Assembly (NCBI GenBank): GCA_947499075.1
Contig: CANMNA010000001.1
Coordinates: 8,615 to 72,614 of the forward strand
DNA: 64,000 nucleotides
DNA from: Myxococcales bacterium
GTDB taxonomy: Bacteria > Myxococcota_A > UBA9042
Direction: 5' to 3'
In this document: piece after piece, positions 48,922-57,048 of the stretch
Layout: every line of letters begins with the position of its first letter
Numbering within the stretch: position 1 is the first letter of the stretch
The notes under the pieces: model-generated
The model's input: the letters and a program-made list of their open reading frames with translations, nothing else
What the model was told of the DNA's origin: nothing
Databases searched by the model: none
Translations under genes and position numbers: made by a program

Positions 48922-49575
48922 CTACGCGGTCCACTGATAGCCGACTTCTCGCAAGGTCTGCAGCCTGCTCGCCTCGGCGCCCAAGCGCGCACGCAGGCGG
49001 CGAATATGCACATCAACCGTGCGTGGGCCACCCTGATACCGCTGACCCCACACCGCGTGCAGCAGTTGGTCGCGGCTGAGCGCACGGCCCTGATTTTGCA
49101 GCAAGTACCGCAACAGCGCGAATTCTTGAGGTGCCAAAGTCAGTCGGGCATCGCCGAGTTTGGCTTGGTGGGCCTGAAGGTCCAACGCCAGCAGGCCGCT
49201 GTGCAGCACGGTGTCCCGGTGGAACGCGGCGCCCAGCAAGCGCTCGGCGCGCCCCAGCAGCTCCGCTGGCTCGCAGCCCCGCACCACGAAGTCGCGGCAC
49301 GTCAAGCGTGGCACCAGGTGCAGGCGCTGCGGGTCGAGCACCAACAGCCACGGCACGCGCGCGATGACCGGGTGCTGCGCCAATGCGGGCGCAAGGCCTT
49401 CGATCGACTTGAGCGGTGCCGGCTCGACCACCACCAGATCGGGCGGCAAGGCGATCGGACAGTCAAAGAATGTACCACGCAGCAAACGTGCGGTAACCTG
49501 CCAGTCCGACTGCGCCAACGCCAGCCGGGCCGGAGACCGATCGCTCATTTCAGAAAAGAGGAACACCCTGCGCAT
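48922..49575 (-). CDS. OmpR/PhoB-type winged-helix regulator with a degenerate (pseudo-)receiver domain
   Basis: The C-terminus is LAPQEFALLRYLLQNQGRALSRDQLLHAVWG...TVDVHIRRLRARLG. In the receiver region the expected phospho-Asp position reads DLVVVE and the conserved Lys position reads FVVRG. Confidence 0.75.
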   Translation of the reverse strand: MRRVFLFSEMSDRSPARLALAQSDWQVTARLLRGTFFDCPIALPPDLVVVEPAPLKSIEGLAPALAQHPVIARVPWLLVLDPQRLHLVPRLTCRDFVVRGCEPAELLGRAERLLGAAFHRDTVLHSGLLALDLQAHQAKLGDARLTLAPQEFALLRYLLQNQGRALSRDQLLHAVWGQRYQGGPRTVDVHIRRLRARLGAEASRLQTLREVGYQWTA

Positions 49576-51181
49576 GGCCACCGCGTACCACATCTGGGCT
49601 GACAGCGGCAAACGCGCGGCAGTCGGCATCGGCCTGATCAGCGGCAGCTTGGTCAGCTTGGCTTATCCCAGCTGCGGCTGGTGGGTGTTGGCCTTGGTTG
49701 GTTACGTGCCGCTGCTGCGCTGGCTGCAGGCCGCGCAGCCGACTTGGCGCCGTGCGCTGCTGGCGGGGTGGAGCGCGGGCCTGGTGCTGCACATGGTGGC
49801 CTACGCGTTTTTGGCCTTTACCTGTCAGGAGATGAGCGGCATGCCGGCCGCACTTGGCTGGCTGTTGGTGGCGGTCCACGCCGCTGCGATGGCGCTGCAC
49901 CAGGGGCTGTTCGCCGTGGCGGTCGCTTGGAGCAACCGGCAGGGCGTGGGCGCGCTGCGTCGTGCCGGCGAAGTGGCCCTGATTTTGGCGGTGTGTGAGT
50001 TCCTGCCGCCCTGGCTGTTCCGGTGGTACCTCGGCAGCGCGTTTTTCCGGGCGCCGGTACTGGTTCAGGCGGCGGACATCGTCGGCACGATCGGTGTGAG
50101 TGCACTGGCGATCGCGGTGGCGTCGCTGCTGGCGCGGGCATGGAGCGTGCGCAGCTGGCAGCCGCTTGGCCTGGCTGGGATGGTGGTTGCGCTGTGGGCG
50201 AGCTACGGCGCGCTGCGGATCTACCAAGTGGATCATGCGTCGGCGACGGGCACGTGGCGGGCGGTGGTTGTCCAGCAGAACGCGACGTTGGCGGAGAAGA
50301 AGGCGCTGGACGCACCGCATCGACTGCCCGCATTGGATCGGCTCGAAGCGATGACGCTGCAGGCCAAGCGCGATGGCAAGCTGGCGACGGCGGACGCGGT
50401 GATTTGGCCAGAAGGTGCCTTCCCGTTTTTTTGGGTGCCTGATGACGTGACGCCGGTTGCGGGGGTGCGCGTGCCAACCAAGGCCAATCGGGTGTTGCTG
50501 CGCACCAAGAAGCGCGTGCTCGATCTGGCCAACCAACTGCCGGTGCCGTTGCTGATGGGTACACTGCGGCGGTTCGATCCGATGTGGCGGCAGGAGGCAC
50601 GCAACAGCGCGATCGTGGTTGATCGCAGTGGCGTGAAATGGGTCTACGACAAGCAGATTCTGCTGGCGTTTGGCGAGTACTTGCCAGGGACACGGCTGCT
50701 GCCGCAGTTCAAGGAGGCTATCCCCGGCGTGTCCAATTTTGACGAGGGCACGACCTCAGGGTTGGTCCAGCTGGGCAAGGCCAAAGTGCTGGTCAATATC
50801 TGCTATGAGGCGTTGTTTTCGGACTTCATGCGCAGCGAAGCGCAGGACGCGCAGGTGCTCATCAACTTGACCAACGACGTGTGGTTTGGTCCACCGCCCG
50901 CGCCCGACCTGCATTTGATGGTGCAACACGCACGGGCCGTGGAACTGCGTCGGCCATTGGTCCGCAGCACGGTCAACGGCATATCCGCGGTGGTCGATGC
51001 GGCCGGACGCTTCACGGCCGAAGCGGGCCACGGCGTGCAGCAAAACCTGGAAGTGGCGGTGCCGCTGGCCGACATCGGCAGCCCGTACCGGTTGTGGGGC
51101 GATGCGCCGCTGTGGTTGCTGTCGCTGCTGGCGGTGGTGGGCGGCGCACTGCTGCACCGGCGGCGAAAACTGGTATCCTAG
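49574..51181 (+). CDS. lnt: Apolipoprotein N-acyltransferase
   Basis: I chose the start at MATAYHIW. There is a multi-TM N-terminus, then a CN-hydrolase region with VNICYEALF. Confidence 0.85.
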   Translation: MATAYHIWADSGKRAAVGIGLISGSLVSLAYPSCGWWVLALVGYVPLLRWLQAAQPTWRRALLAGWSAGLVLHMVAYAFLAFTCQEMSGMPAALGWLLVAVHAAAMALHQGLFAVAVAWSNRQGVGALRRAGEVALILAVCEFLPPWLFRWYLGSAFFRAPVLVQAADIVGTIGVSALAIAVASLLARAWSVRSWQPLGLAGMVVALWASYGALRIYQVDHASATGTWRAVVVQQNATLAEKKALDAPHRLPALDRLEAMTLQAKRDGKLATADAVIWPEGAFPFFWVPDDVTPVAGVRVPTKANRVLLRTKKRVLDLANQLPVPLLMGTLRRFDPMWRQEARNSAIVVDRSGVKWVYDKQILLAFGEYLPGTRLLPQFKEAIPGVSNFDEGTTSGLVQLGKAKVLVNICYEALFSDFMRSEAQDAQVLINLTNDVWFGPPPAPDLHLMVQHARAVELRRPLVRSTVNGISAVVDAAGRFTAEAGHGVQQNLEVAVPLADIGSPYRLWGDAPLWLLSLLAVVGGALLHRRRKLVS

Positions 51182-51196
51182 CCGGGCGAGGTGGCG

Positions 51197-52267
51197 ATGG
51201 GTCGGTGTGGCTGGGCTTTGGTTGTCGTTGGGGCGCTGCTTGTCGCGGCCTGTGGTGAGGATGCGGGCGTGCAGCCGCAGTTGTCGATGGCTGACAAGGA
51301 TGCTGGCGCCGAAGTGCGGGTGGGGTTGAAACCGCAGGACGGTGCAGGCGGCGATGCTTTCGAGGTCGGTGAAGCAGGCGACGCGACTGCCGTCGACGAC
51401 GCTGCGGCCGCAGGTGCCGAAGTCGCAGCGCCTGACCCCGACATCATTGGAGTCGGCGCCGATGGCGGTCCGCTTGTGCCTGACGCGGTTTCGTCCTCGC
51501 CTGATGCAGTTCAGCCCGTCGCGGACACCGTTCAGACCGTCGCGGACACCGTTCAGACCGTCGCGGACACCGTTCAGCCCGTCGCGGACACCGTTCAGCC
51601 CGTCGCGGACACCGTTCAGCCAGATTCCGACCTCGCGTCGCCACCGCTAGACGCCCCGCCGCCACCTCCCGATGTGCCACAGCCACCTCCCGACCTCCCG
51701 CCACCGCCTCCGGATGTGCCCCCACCACCGCCGGACGTGCCTCCACCACCGCCCGATGTACCCAAAGGCCCCGTCTGCGGCAACGGCACCTGCGAAACTG
51801 GGGAGTCGACGACTGGGTGTCCCGCCGACTGCAAGAGCGGCTCCGGCACTTGGACTTGCGGTGACTTGAAATGCGACATCGGCGAGGAATTCTACTGCGA
51901 AAAAGATTGCCTGGGTCCACAGTGCGGCGATGGCGTCTGTCAGTTCCCGGAGAACAAGGACAACTGCGGCAAGGACTGCAAGAGCAGCGGCAGTCTATGG
52001 GTCTGTGGCGACGGCAAGTGTGACTTTGGTGAGCAATTTTACTGCGGGCAAGACTGCAAGCCGCCCGCTGGCGACTGCCTGAAGACCAAGTGTGCCGCAG
52101 AGATGACCATGTGCTCGGCCAAGCCCAGTTGCCAGACCGCGGTGTCGTGCGCCCAGAAGTGCAACGGCAGCTGGAGCTGCGCGCAGGGATGCTTGCCGGG
52201 CGGCGCGTCGGCCAATCAGGAAGCCGTGGCTGTGCTCATTTGCGGTCAGACCAAGGGGTGTTTGTAG
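51197..52267 (+). CDS. Lipoprotein with VQPVADT and PPPPDV tandem repeats and Cys-rich C-terminal modules
   Basis: The lipobox reads MGRCGWALVVVGALLVAAC. A 21-bp x5.4 repeat lies at 51509-51622, followed by a Pro-rich region and CGNGTCETGES..C modules. Confidence 0.75.
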   Translation: MGRCGWALVVVGALLVAACGEDAGVQPQLSMADKDAGAEVRVGLKPQDGAGGDAFEVGEAGDATAVDDAAAAGAEVAAPDPDIIGVGADGGPLVPDAVSSSPDAVQPVADTVQTVADTVQTVADTVQPVADTVQPVADTVQPDSDLASPPLDAPPPPPDVPQPPPDLPPPPPDVPPPPPDVPPPPPDVPKGPVCGNGTCETGESTTGCPADCKSGSGTWTCGDLKCDIGEEFYCEKDCLGPQCGDGVCQFPENKDNCGKDCKSSGSLWVCGDGKCDFGEQFYCGQDCKPPAGDCLKTKCAAEMTMCSAKPSCQTAVSCAQKCNGSWSCAQGCLPGGASANQEAVAVLICGQTKGCL

Positions 52268-52459
52268 GCGGTCGGCCTATGCGCAGGGACCGCTATGCCC
52301 GGTGGCAATGCGGCCTCACCCCGCTTGCCGGCGCCGTCGGCATGCGTCCCTCTCCCGACCGGGAGAGGAAAAATCTGACAAGATTATGCTGAATTACCGC
52401 AATGCGGCGTTGCGATCGCCACCTGCGGCGTTGGCCTGGACTGCGTAGGCAGTACGCGT

Positions 52460-53704
52460 TTGCGCCGGGCAGGCATTGACCGATCATGTCCCAGCGGTCA
52501 AACCTGCGGGCCGCCCAGCCGCGCACCGACTGGCATCGGCTTGTCCAGCATGCTTGGCCATTTGCGATACAACCTTGGCATCCTGCGGACCCTGATCGCG
52601 TGGTCCGAGCCGGCGTCGCCAGCCCCCACACCAGCAGTGAGCATCGCCGATACCGACACGGCAACCGGCAGCGGCGATATCTCCGCGCTCGATTTCGGCG
52701 TGCCCGACACACCGGTCGGCCGCGGTGCCTGCCCCGGCAGCCCCGGGTGCGCCTGCGCGAGCAACGAGGAATGCAGCACCGGCGTCTGCGCCGACAGCGC
52801 AGACACGGCCACCGGCAAGGCGTGTGCGTTCCCGTTTGGCAGCGGGTGTGCATCGGCCTTCATCGCCGTAACCGCACAGGTCGGCGAAGGGACAACGGTT
52901 TGCGTGCCGTCCGCGCCAAAGCTGTGCAACCCGTTCGAAAAAGACGACGACTGCAAGGCGACCGGCGGCACCGGAGCGCTGTGCATCGACCGCGGCGCCA
53001 GTGGTCGGTTCTGTGGCATTGCGTGTCCGGCATTCGGTTGCCCTGCCGGCTACGCGTGCCAGGACGCAATGAGCATAGGTTGGGCTAAGGCCCAGCAATG
53101 TCAGAGTTCCGAACAAACGGCGGGTCCGGTAGATTGCGGGTGTGCCGCCGCCGCCATTGGGCAGAAGCTGGCGACGCCATGCGGCGTCGTCGGCAAGGAC
53201 GCAGCAGGCAAAGTCATGGGTACCCGCGCAGGTCAGCGCTCCTGTGGCGCCTCGGGTCTGGGTGCGTGCGCGGGTAAGACTGCGCAAGCGGAAGCCTGCA
53301 ACGGCCAAGACGACGACTGCAACGGCAAGACCGACGCCAACGCACCGTGCGACAACGGGTTGCCGTGCACCTTCGGAGACGACTGCACCGGCGGCACCCG
53401 CCAACCGGGTTCTAGGGTCGTCTGTAACGACAAGAACGACTGCACCGACGACAACTGTGACCCCAAGTCCGGCAAGTGCGTGTTTGCTGCGGTGACCACG
53501 ACTATCGCCTGCGACGACGGCGACCCCTGTGCCAGTGGCGAGGGCTGCGCGGGCGGCGTCTGCCAGAACGGCGTCGCCAAAGCGTGCAGCGGTGGGACGT
53601 GCACGGTGGGGCAATGCAGCAAGACCAGCGGTCAGTGCCAGTTCGCTGACAAGCCCGACGGCAGCCCATGCGCTCAGGCGGAGCCTGTCTGCCTGGGGCC
53701 GTAA
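52460..53704 (+). CDS. Cys-rich-repeat protein, upstream part (probably one gene with 53668..54483, interrupted by a frameshift)
   Basis: Contains CNDKNDCTDDNCDPKSGKC-type modules. The start is uncertain and I saw no clear signal peptide. It ends in the middle of a repeat module. Confidence 0.55.
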   Translation: MRRAGIDRSCPSGQTCGPPSRAPTGIGLSSMLGHLRYNLGILRTLIAWSEPASPAPTPAVSIADTDTATGSGDISALDFGVPDTPVGRGACPGSPGCACASNEECSTGVCADSADTATGKACAFPFGSGCASAFIAVTAQVGEGTTVCVPSAPKLCNPFEKDDDCKATGGTGALCIDRGASGRFCGIACPAFGCPAGYACQDAMSIGWAKAQQCQSSEQTAGPVDCGCAAAAIGQKLATPCGVVGKDAAGKVMGTRAGQRSCGASGLGACAGKTAQAEACNGQDDDCNGKTDANAPCDNGLPCTFGDDCTGGTRQPGSRVVCNDKNDCTDDNCDPKSGKCVFAAVTTTIACDDGDPCASGEGCAGGVCQNGVAKACSGGTCTVGQCSKTSGQCQFADKPDGSPCAQAEPVCLGP

Positions 53705-54483
53705 CGGCCTGTGATGACGCGAATTTGTGCACGAACGACTCCTGTGATCCATCCAAGGGATGCCTCAACATGGCCAACGCCGCGTCGTGCAGCGACGGCA
53801 GTGTGTGTACGGTTGGCGACAAGTGCGGCGGAGCGGTTTGTTTGCCGGGTATCGCTACGACCTGTGACGATGGAGATCCTTGCACGACCGACTTTTGTGA
53901 TTCCGCAAAAGGGTGCCAAAAGGTCAACGCCGCGGACAAAACAGCGTGCGGAGCAGCATTGTGGTGCAAATTCGGCAAGTGCGTCCCCGTTCCAGTCTGT
54001 GGGAATACCGTTGTTGAACCCGAAAATGGAGAGGCATGCGACGATGGCAACCTGGTTCCGGGCGACGGCTGTGACCCGAAGTGCAAGGTCGAGCCCCCGC
54101 CCGCAGCCGTTGGCACGCTGGTGCTGTCCAACGGCACCGACATCATCTCGCTGCTCAACGCGCAAGGGGCCGTGGTGGACTCGATCACCTACGACGCGAC
54201 CTGGCCGTGGGGCAACGGCGGTTCGATGTACGTCAAAGACGGATGCCTGGACACCCTGCTCAACGACAGCAAGGACTGTTGGCCGGGCGCCACAAGCGCT
54301 TGCGCCTACGGCCAGTACTACAGCAAAGAATCCGCATCACTTGCATCATGCGCCGTCACCGCCTGCACCACTTCCGGCGAAGCGTGCTCCGACGTTCCGG
54401 AATGCGGCGCCGCTGGCGCCAGCTGCAAGCAGCGCGTTTTCAAGGATCGCGGCACGCCGGGCGCGCCTAACGGCTGCCCCTAA
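53668..54483 (+). CDS. Cys-rich-repeat protein, downstream part (myxo-type disulfide repeat plus LTD-like domain)
   Basis: The module continues as ACLPGAVTACDDANLCTNDSCDPSKGC, then CGNTVVEPENGEACDDGNLVPGDGCDPKC, then LVLSNGTDIISLLNAQGAVVDSITYD. Confidence 0.6.
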   Translation: MRSGGACLPGAVTACDDANLCTNDSCDPSKGCLNMANAASCSDGSVCTVGDKCGGAVCLPGIATTCDDGDPCTTDFCDSAKGCQKVNAADKTACGAALWCKFGKCVPVPVCGNTVVEPENGEACDDGNLVPGDGCDPKCKVEPPPAAVGTLVLSNGTDIISLLNAQGAVVDSITYDATWPWGNGGSMYVKDGCLDTLLNDSKDCWPGATSACAYGQYYSKESASLASCAVTACTTSGEACSDVPECGAAGASCKQRVFKDRGTPGAPNGCP

Positions 54484-54493
54484 CCGCAGGCAT

Positions 54494-54763
54494 TCAGGGC
54501 CCTAGGCCCGTCCCGTCACTGCGTTGTCGCCGCGTAAATGTGCTGTCGCGCATAGCCTCGACCCGTTCTTCGCCGGTCTCTTCCCGTGGACAGGAACCCG
54601 CCGTCGCCACCAGTATCTCCCCGATCGACGCCGGTCCGTGCGTCAACTGCATGGAATCGATGGCGTCACTCGCCAACTGGGGCAGATCCGTGGCGCACGC
54701 TTTCGGGGGGCGCTGCACATCGGCGCTGTCAACGTGCATCTGGTCGATTTCGGTGTCTGGCAT
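54494..54763 (-). CDS. Hypothetical small acidic protein (89 aa)
   Basis: Supported only by an ORF with a GC-rich third codon position. I saw no recognisable motif and no clear RBS. Confidence 0.25.
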   Translation of the reverse strand: MPDTEIDQMHVDSADVQRPPKACATDLPQLASDAIDSMQLTHGPASIGEILVATAGSCPREETGEERVEAMRDSTFTRRQRSDGTGLGP

Positions 54764-55065
54764 AGTGAGGGTCTACATCACTTCAAACCGCCGATCAAGT
54801 GGTCCGTCAGCTAGCGCCACCGAGCGGACGAGGTGAAGCCGCGGTCCGCCCCCCCGGTCTCAAGCCCAGTCCCGAGACCAGTCTCGAGACCAGTGCCTCG
54901 TCTCGCAACTCGCTGAAATCGTGCAATCGACCAGTTGGCCTAGACCTTGCATTCCACTGGACCGCCCCGCTATTCTGTGGTCGGAGGTGCACAGTGGCCT
55001 ACGGCGACAGCAACAACCCAAGCGGCGGCGACACAGCCGGCAAGCCGCCGACTTGGGAGGATATT

Positions 55066-55599
55066 ATGCATCTGCACGACAGCCTGGGCGCCGAAATTCT
55101 CGGGGGAAAGATACGCTACAAAACCATGGCGCGCTTCAGCCACGCCGAGACGATCGACGACATGCGTCGGCAACTGCCGAGCAATCGCGATGGCACGCCG
55201 CCAGACGGGTGGTGGATCGCGACCGATGTCGATGCCCGGCTCAGCGACAGCGCGTATGTCAAGCCCGATCTCAGCGGCTGGCGCAAGTCCAGTCTGGCGG
55301 CTCGGCCGGTCGAATGGCCCGTGCGACAGCTGCCCGACTGGGTTTGCGAGGTGATGTCCCGGTCGACCCAAGCCTACGACCGCGGCGAGAAGGCCGCTGC
55401 CTACGCTGCCGCCAGCGTGCCGTGGTACTGGATTGTCGACCCCGACGAGCGGACAGTCGAAGTCTTGGAGCTCGTCAACGGCCGCTGGACCATCTGCGGT
55501 GTCTACACCGACGGTGCGGTCCTGACCTTGCCTCCTTTTGACCAAACCGTTGTCACCGTCAGCGACCTGTTCCTGCCGCTGCCCGCGCCGACTCCGTAG
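55066..55599 (+). CDS. Uma2-family (DUF820) putative endonuclease
   Basis: I chose the start at MHLHDSLGAEI, with GGGAGG upstream. ...PDWVCEVMSRSTQAYDRGEKAAAYAAASVPWYWIVDPDERTVEVLEL is the Uma2 pattern. Confidence 0.75.
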   Translation: MHLHDSLGAEILGGKIRYKTMARFSHAETIDDMRRQLPSNRDGTPPDGWWIATDVDARLSDSAYVKPDLSGWRKSSLAARPVEWPVRQLPDWVCEVMSRSTQAYDRGEKAAAYAAASVPWYWIVDPDERTVEVLELVNGRWTICGVYTDGAVLTLPPFDQTVVTVSDLFLPLPAPTP

Positions 55600-55653
55600 A
55601 CAAAACCCCCAAACCATGGCCCACTACGCGCCGCCGCCGGGAGGCGCCAGTCC

Positions 55654-57048
55654 ATGACCAAGCCCAAAAAGCCCACCAAAGCGCCGCCCCAATCGGGCGA
55701 GCGCCTGCAAAAAGTCCTCGCGCGCTGTGGTGTTGCATCGCGTCGCGCCGCCGAAGAGCTGATCACCCAAGGCCGCATTGAGGTCAACGGCCATGTCGTG
55801 ACCACGCTGGGCACGCGCGTCGATCCGCTGGTGGCAGAGATCCGCTTGGATGGCGAGCGGTTGCGCATGCCTTCGGAGCGGCTGGTGCTGGTGCTGAACA
55901 AGCCCGTGGGCTACCTGAGCGCGGCCAAGGATCCCGAGGGTCGGCCGTTGGTCTATCACTTGGTCCCGACCAAGCTGGCGCTGCGCTCGATCGGGCGGTT
56001 GGACTTCAACACCGAGGGCGTGCTGCTATTCACCAACGATGGCGACCTGGCCGAGCGGTTGGGCCACGCCCGCCATGCGATTCAGCGTGTCTACGAGGCG
56101 CGGGTCCGCGGTATCCCCGATCAGGAGACGCTGGCGCGGCTGCGTCTGGGCGTGCGGTTGGAAGATGGTCCGGCGCGGGCGGAGCAAGTCGATGTCGTCA
56201 AGCAGACTGAGGCCAACGCCTGGCTGCGCTTGACGCTGCTGGAAGGCCGCAACCGCGAAGTCCGGCGCTTGCTTGAGCGCGTGGGCCATCCGGTGGTGCG
56301 GTTGCGCCGGATCTCGTTTGCGGGCGTGACGGCGCAGGGTCTGGCCCAAGGGCAATGGCGGTTGCTGGACGATCGAGAAATCAACCAGTTGCAACAGAAA
56401 GGCCACGTCGGCGGCTTTGCGCTGCCCCCCGATCCGCGCAAGGGCGAAGTCTCCAAGCCGCGGTTGAGCACCGGTCCGGGGCCTCAATCGACGCCGCAGC
56501 GCCGGGGTGCTGACCGCCATGCCAGCGCAACGGCCGGGCAGCCCGACGCCCGCAGTGCGCCGGTTGAAAACAACCGCCCGCCCCGCAACCCCGGTACCCG
56601 GCCCGACAAGCCTGCGGCAGCACGCGGTGGCGGTCGACCCGCGGCTGACCGCCCCGGCCGCCCCGGCGACGCGCGGGCCAGACCCGACAACGCGCCGGCC
56701 AGACCCGACAACGCGCGGGCCAGACCCGACAACGCGCGGGCCAGACCTGACAACGCGCGGGCCAGACCTGACAACGCGCGGGCCAGACCTGACAACGCGC
56801 GGGCCAAGCCTGACAACGCGCGGGCCAAGCCTGACAACGCGCGGGCCAAGCCTGACAACGCGCGGGCCAAGCCTGACAACGCGCGGGCCAAGCCTGACAA
56901 CGCGCGGGCCAAGCCTGACAACGCCCGCGCCAAACCCGATAACCGGCGGTCTGGACCGCCCGACGGCAAACGTCCCGGTCGACCCGACAACCGCCGCGGC
57001 CGCAGCAACGAGTTGCCGCCCGCCCCACCACCCAGGAGAAGTCGGTGA
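55654..57048 (+). CDS. rluB: 23S rRNA pseudouridine synthase, RluB/RsuA family, with a long repetitive basic tail
   Basis: The S4 domain reads RLQKVLARCGVASRRAAEELI. The catalytic region reads IGRLDFNTEGVLLFTNDGDL. The C-terminal tail is ARPDNAR/AKPDNAR repeats. Confidence 0.85.
   Translation: MTKPKKPTKAPPQSGERLQKVLARCGVASRRAAEELITQGRIEVNGHVVTTLGTRVDPLVAEIRLDGERLRMPSERLVLVLNKPVGYLSAAKDPEGRPLVYHLVPTKLALRSIGRLDFNTEGVLLFTNDGDLAERLGHARHAIQRVYEARVRGIPDQETLARLRLGVRLEDGPARAEQVDVVKQTEANAWLRLTLLEGRNREVRRLLERVGHPVVRLRRISFAGVTAQGLAQGQWRLLDDREINQLQQKGHVGGFALPPDPRKGEVSKPRLSTGPGPQSTPQRRGADRHASATAGQPDARSAPVENNRPPRNPGTRPDKPAAARGGGRPAADRPGRPGDARARPDNAPARPDNARARPDNARARPDNARARPDNARARPDNARAKPDNARAKPDNARAKPDNARAKPDNARAKPDNARAKPDNARAKPDNRRSGPPDGKRPGRPDNRRGRSNELPPAPPPRRSR
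56677..56949 (+). repeat. 21-bp x13 in-frame tandem repeat (GCCAGACCCGACAACGCGCGG and variants)
   Basis: Units start at 56677 and recur every 21 nt. They fall into blocks of AGACCC (3), AGACCT (3) and AAGCCT (6), plus 1 degenerate unit. Confidence 0.95.

Noticed and set aside
52349-52368. The hairpin CCTCTCCCG-ac-CGGGAGAGG after the 51197-52267 gene, as a rho-independent terminator.
   Set aside because: The stem is followed by AAAAA, not a T-tract, on the plus strand. On the minus strand the T-run precedes the stem. The loop is only 2 nt. It may still be structural but does not fit the terminator model.
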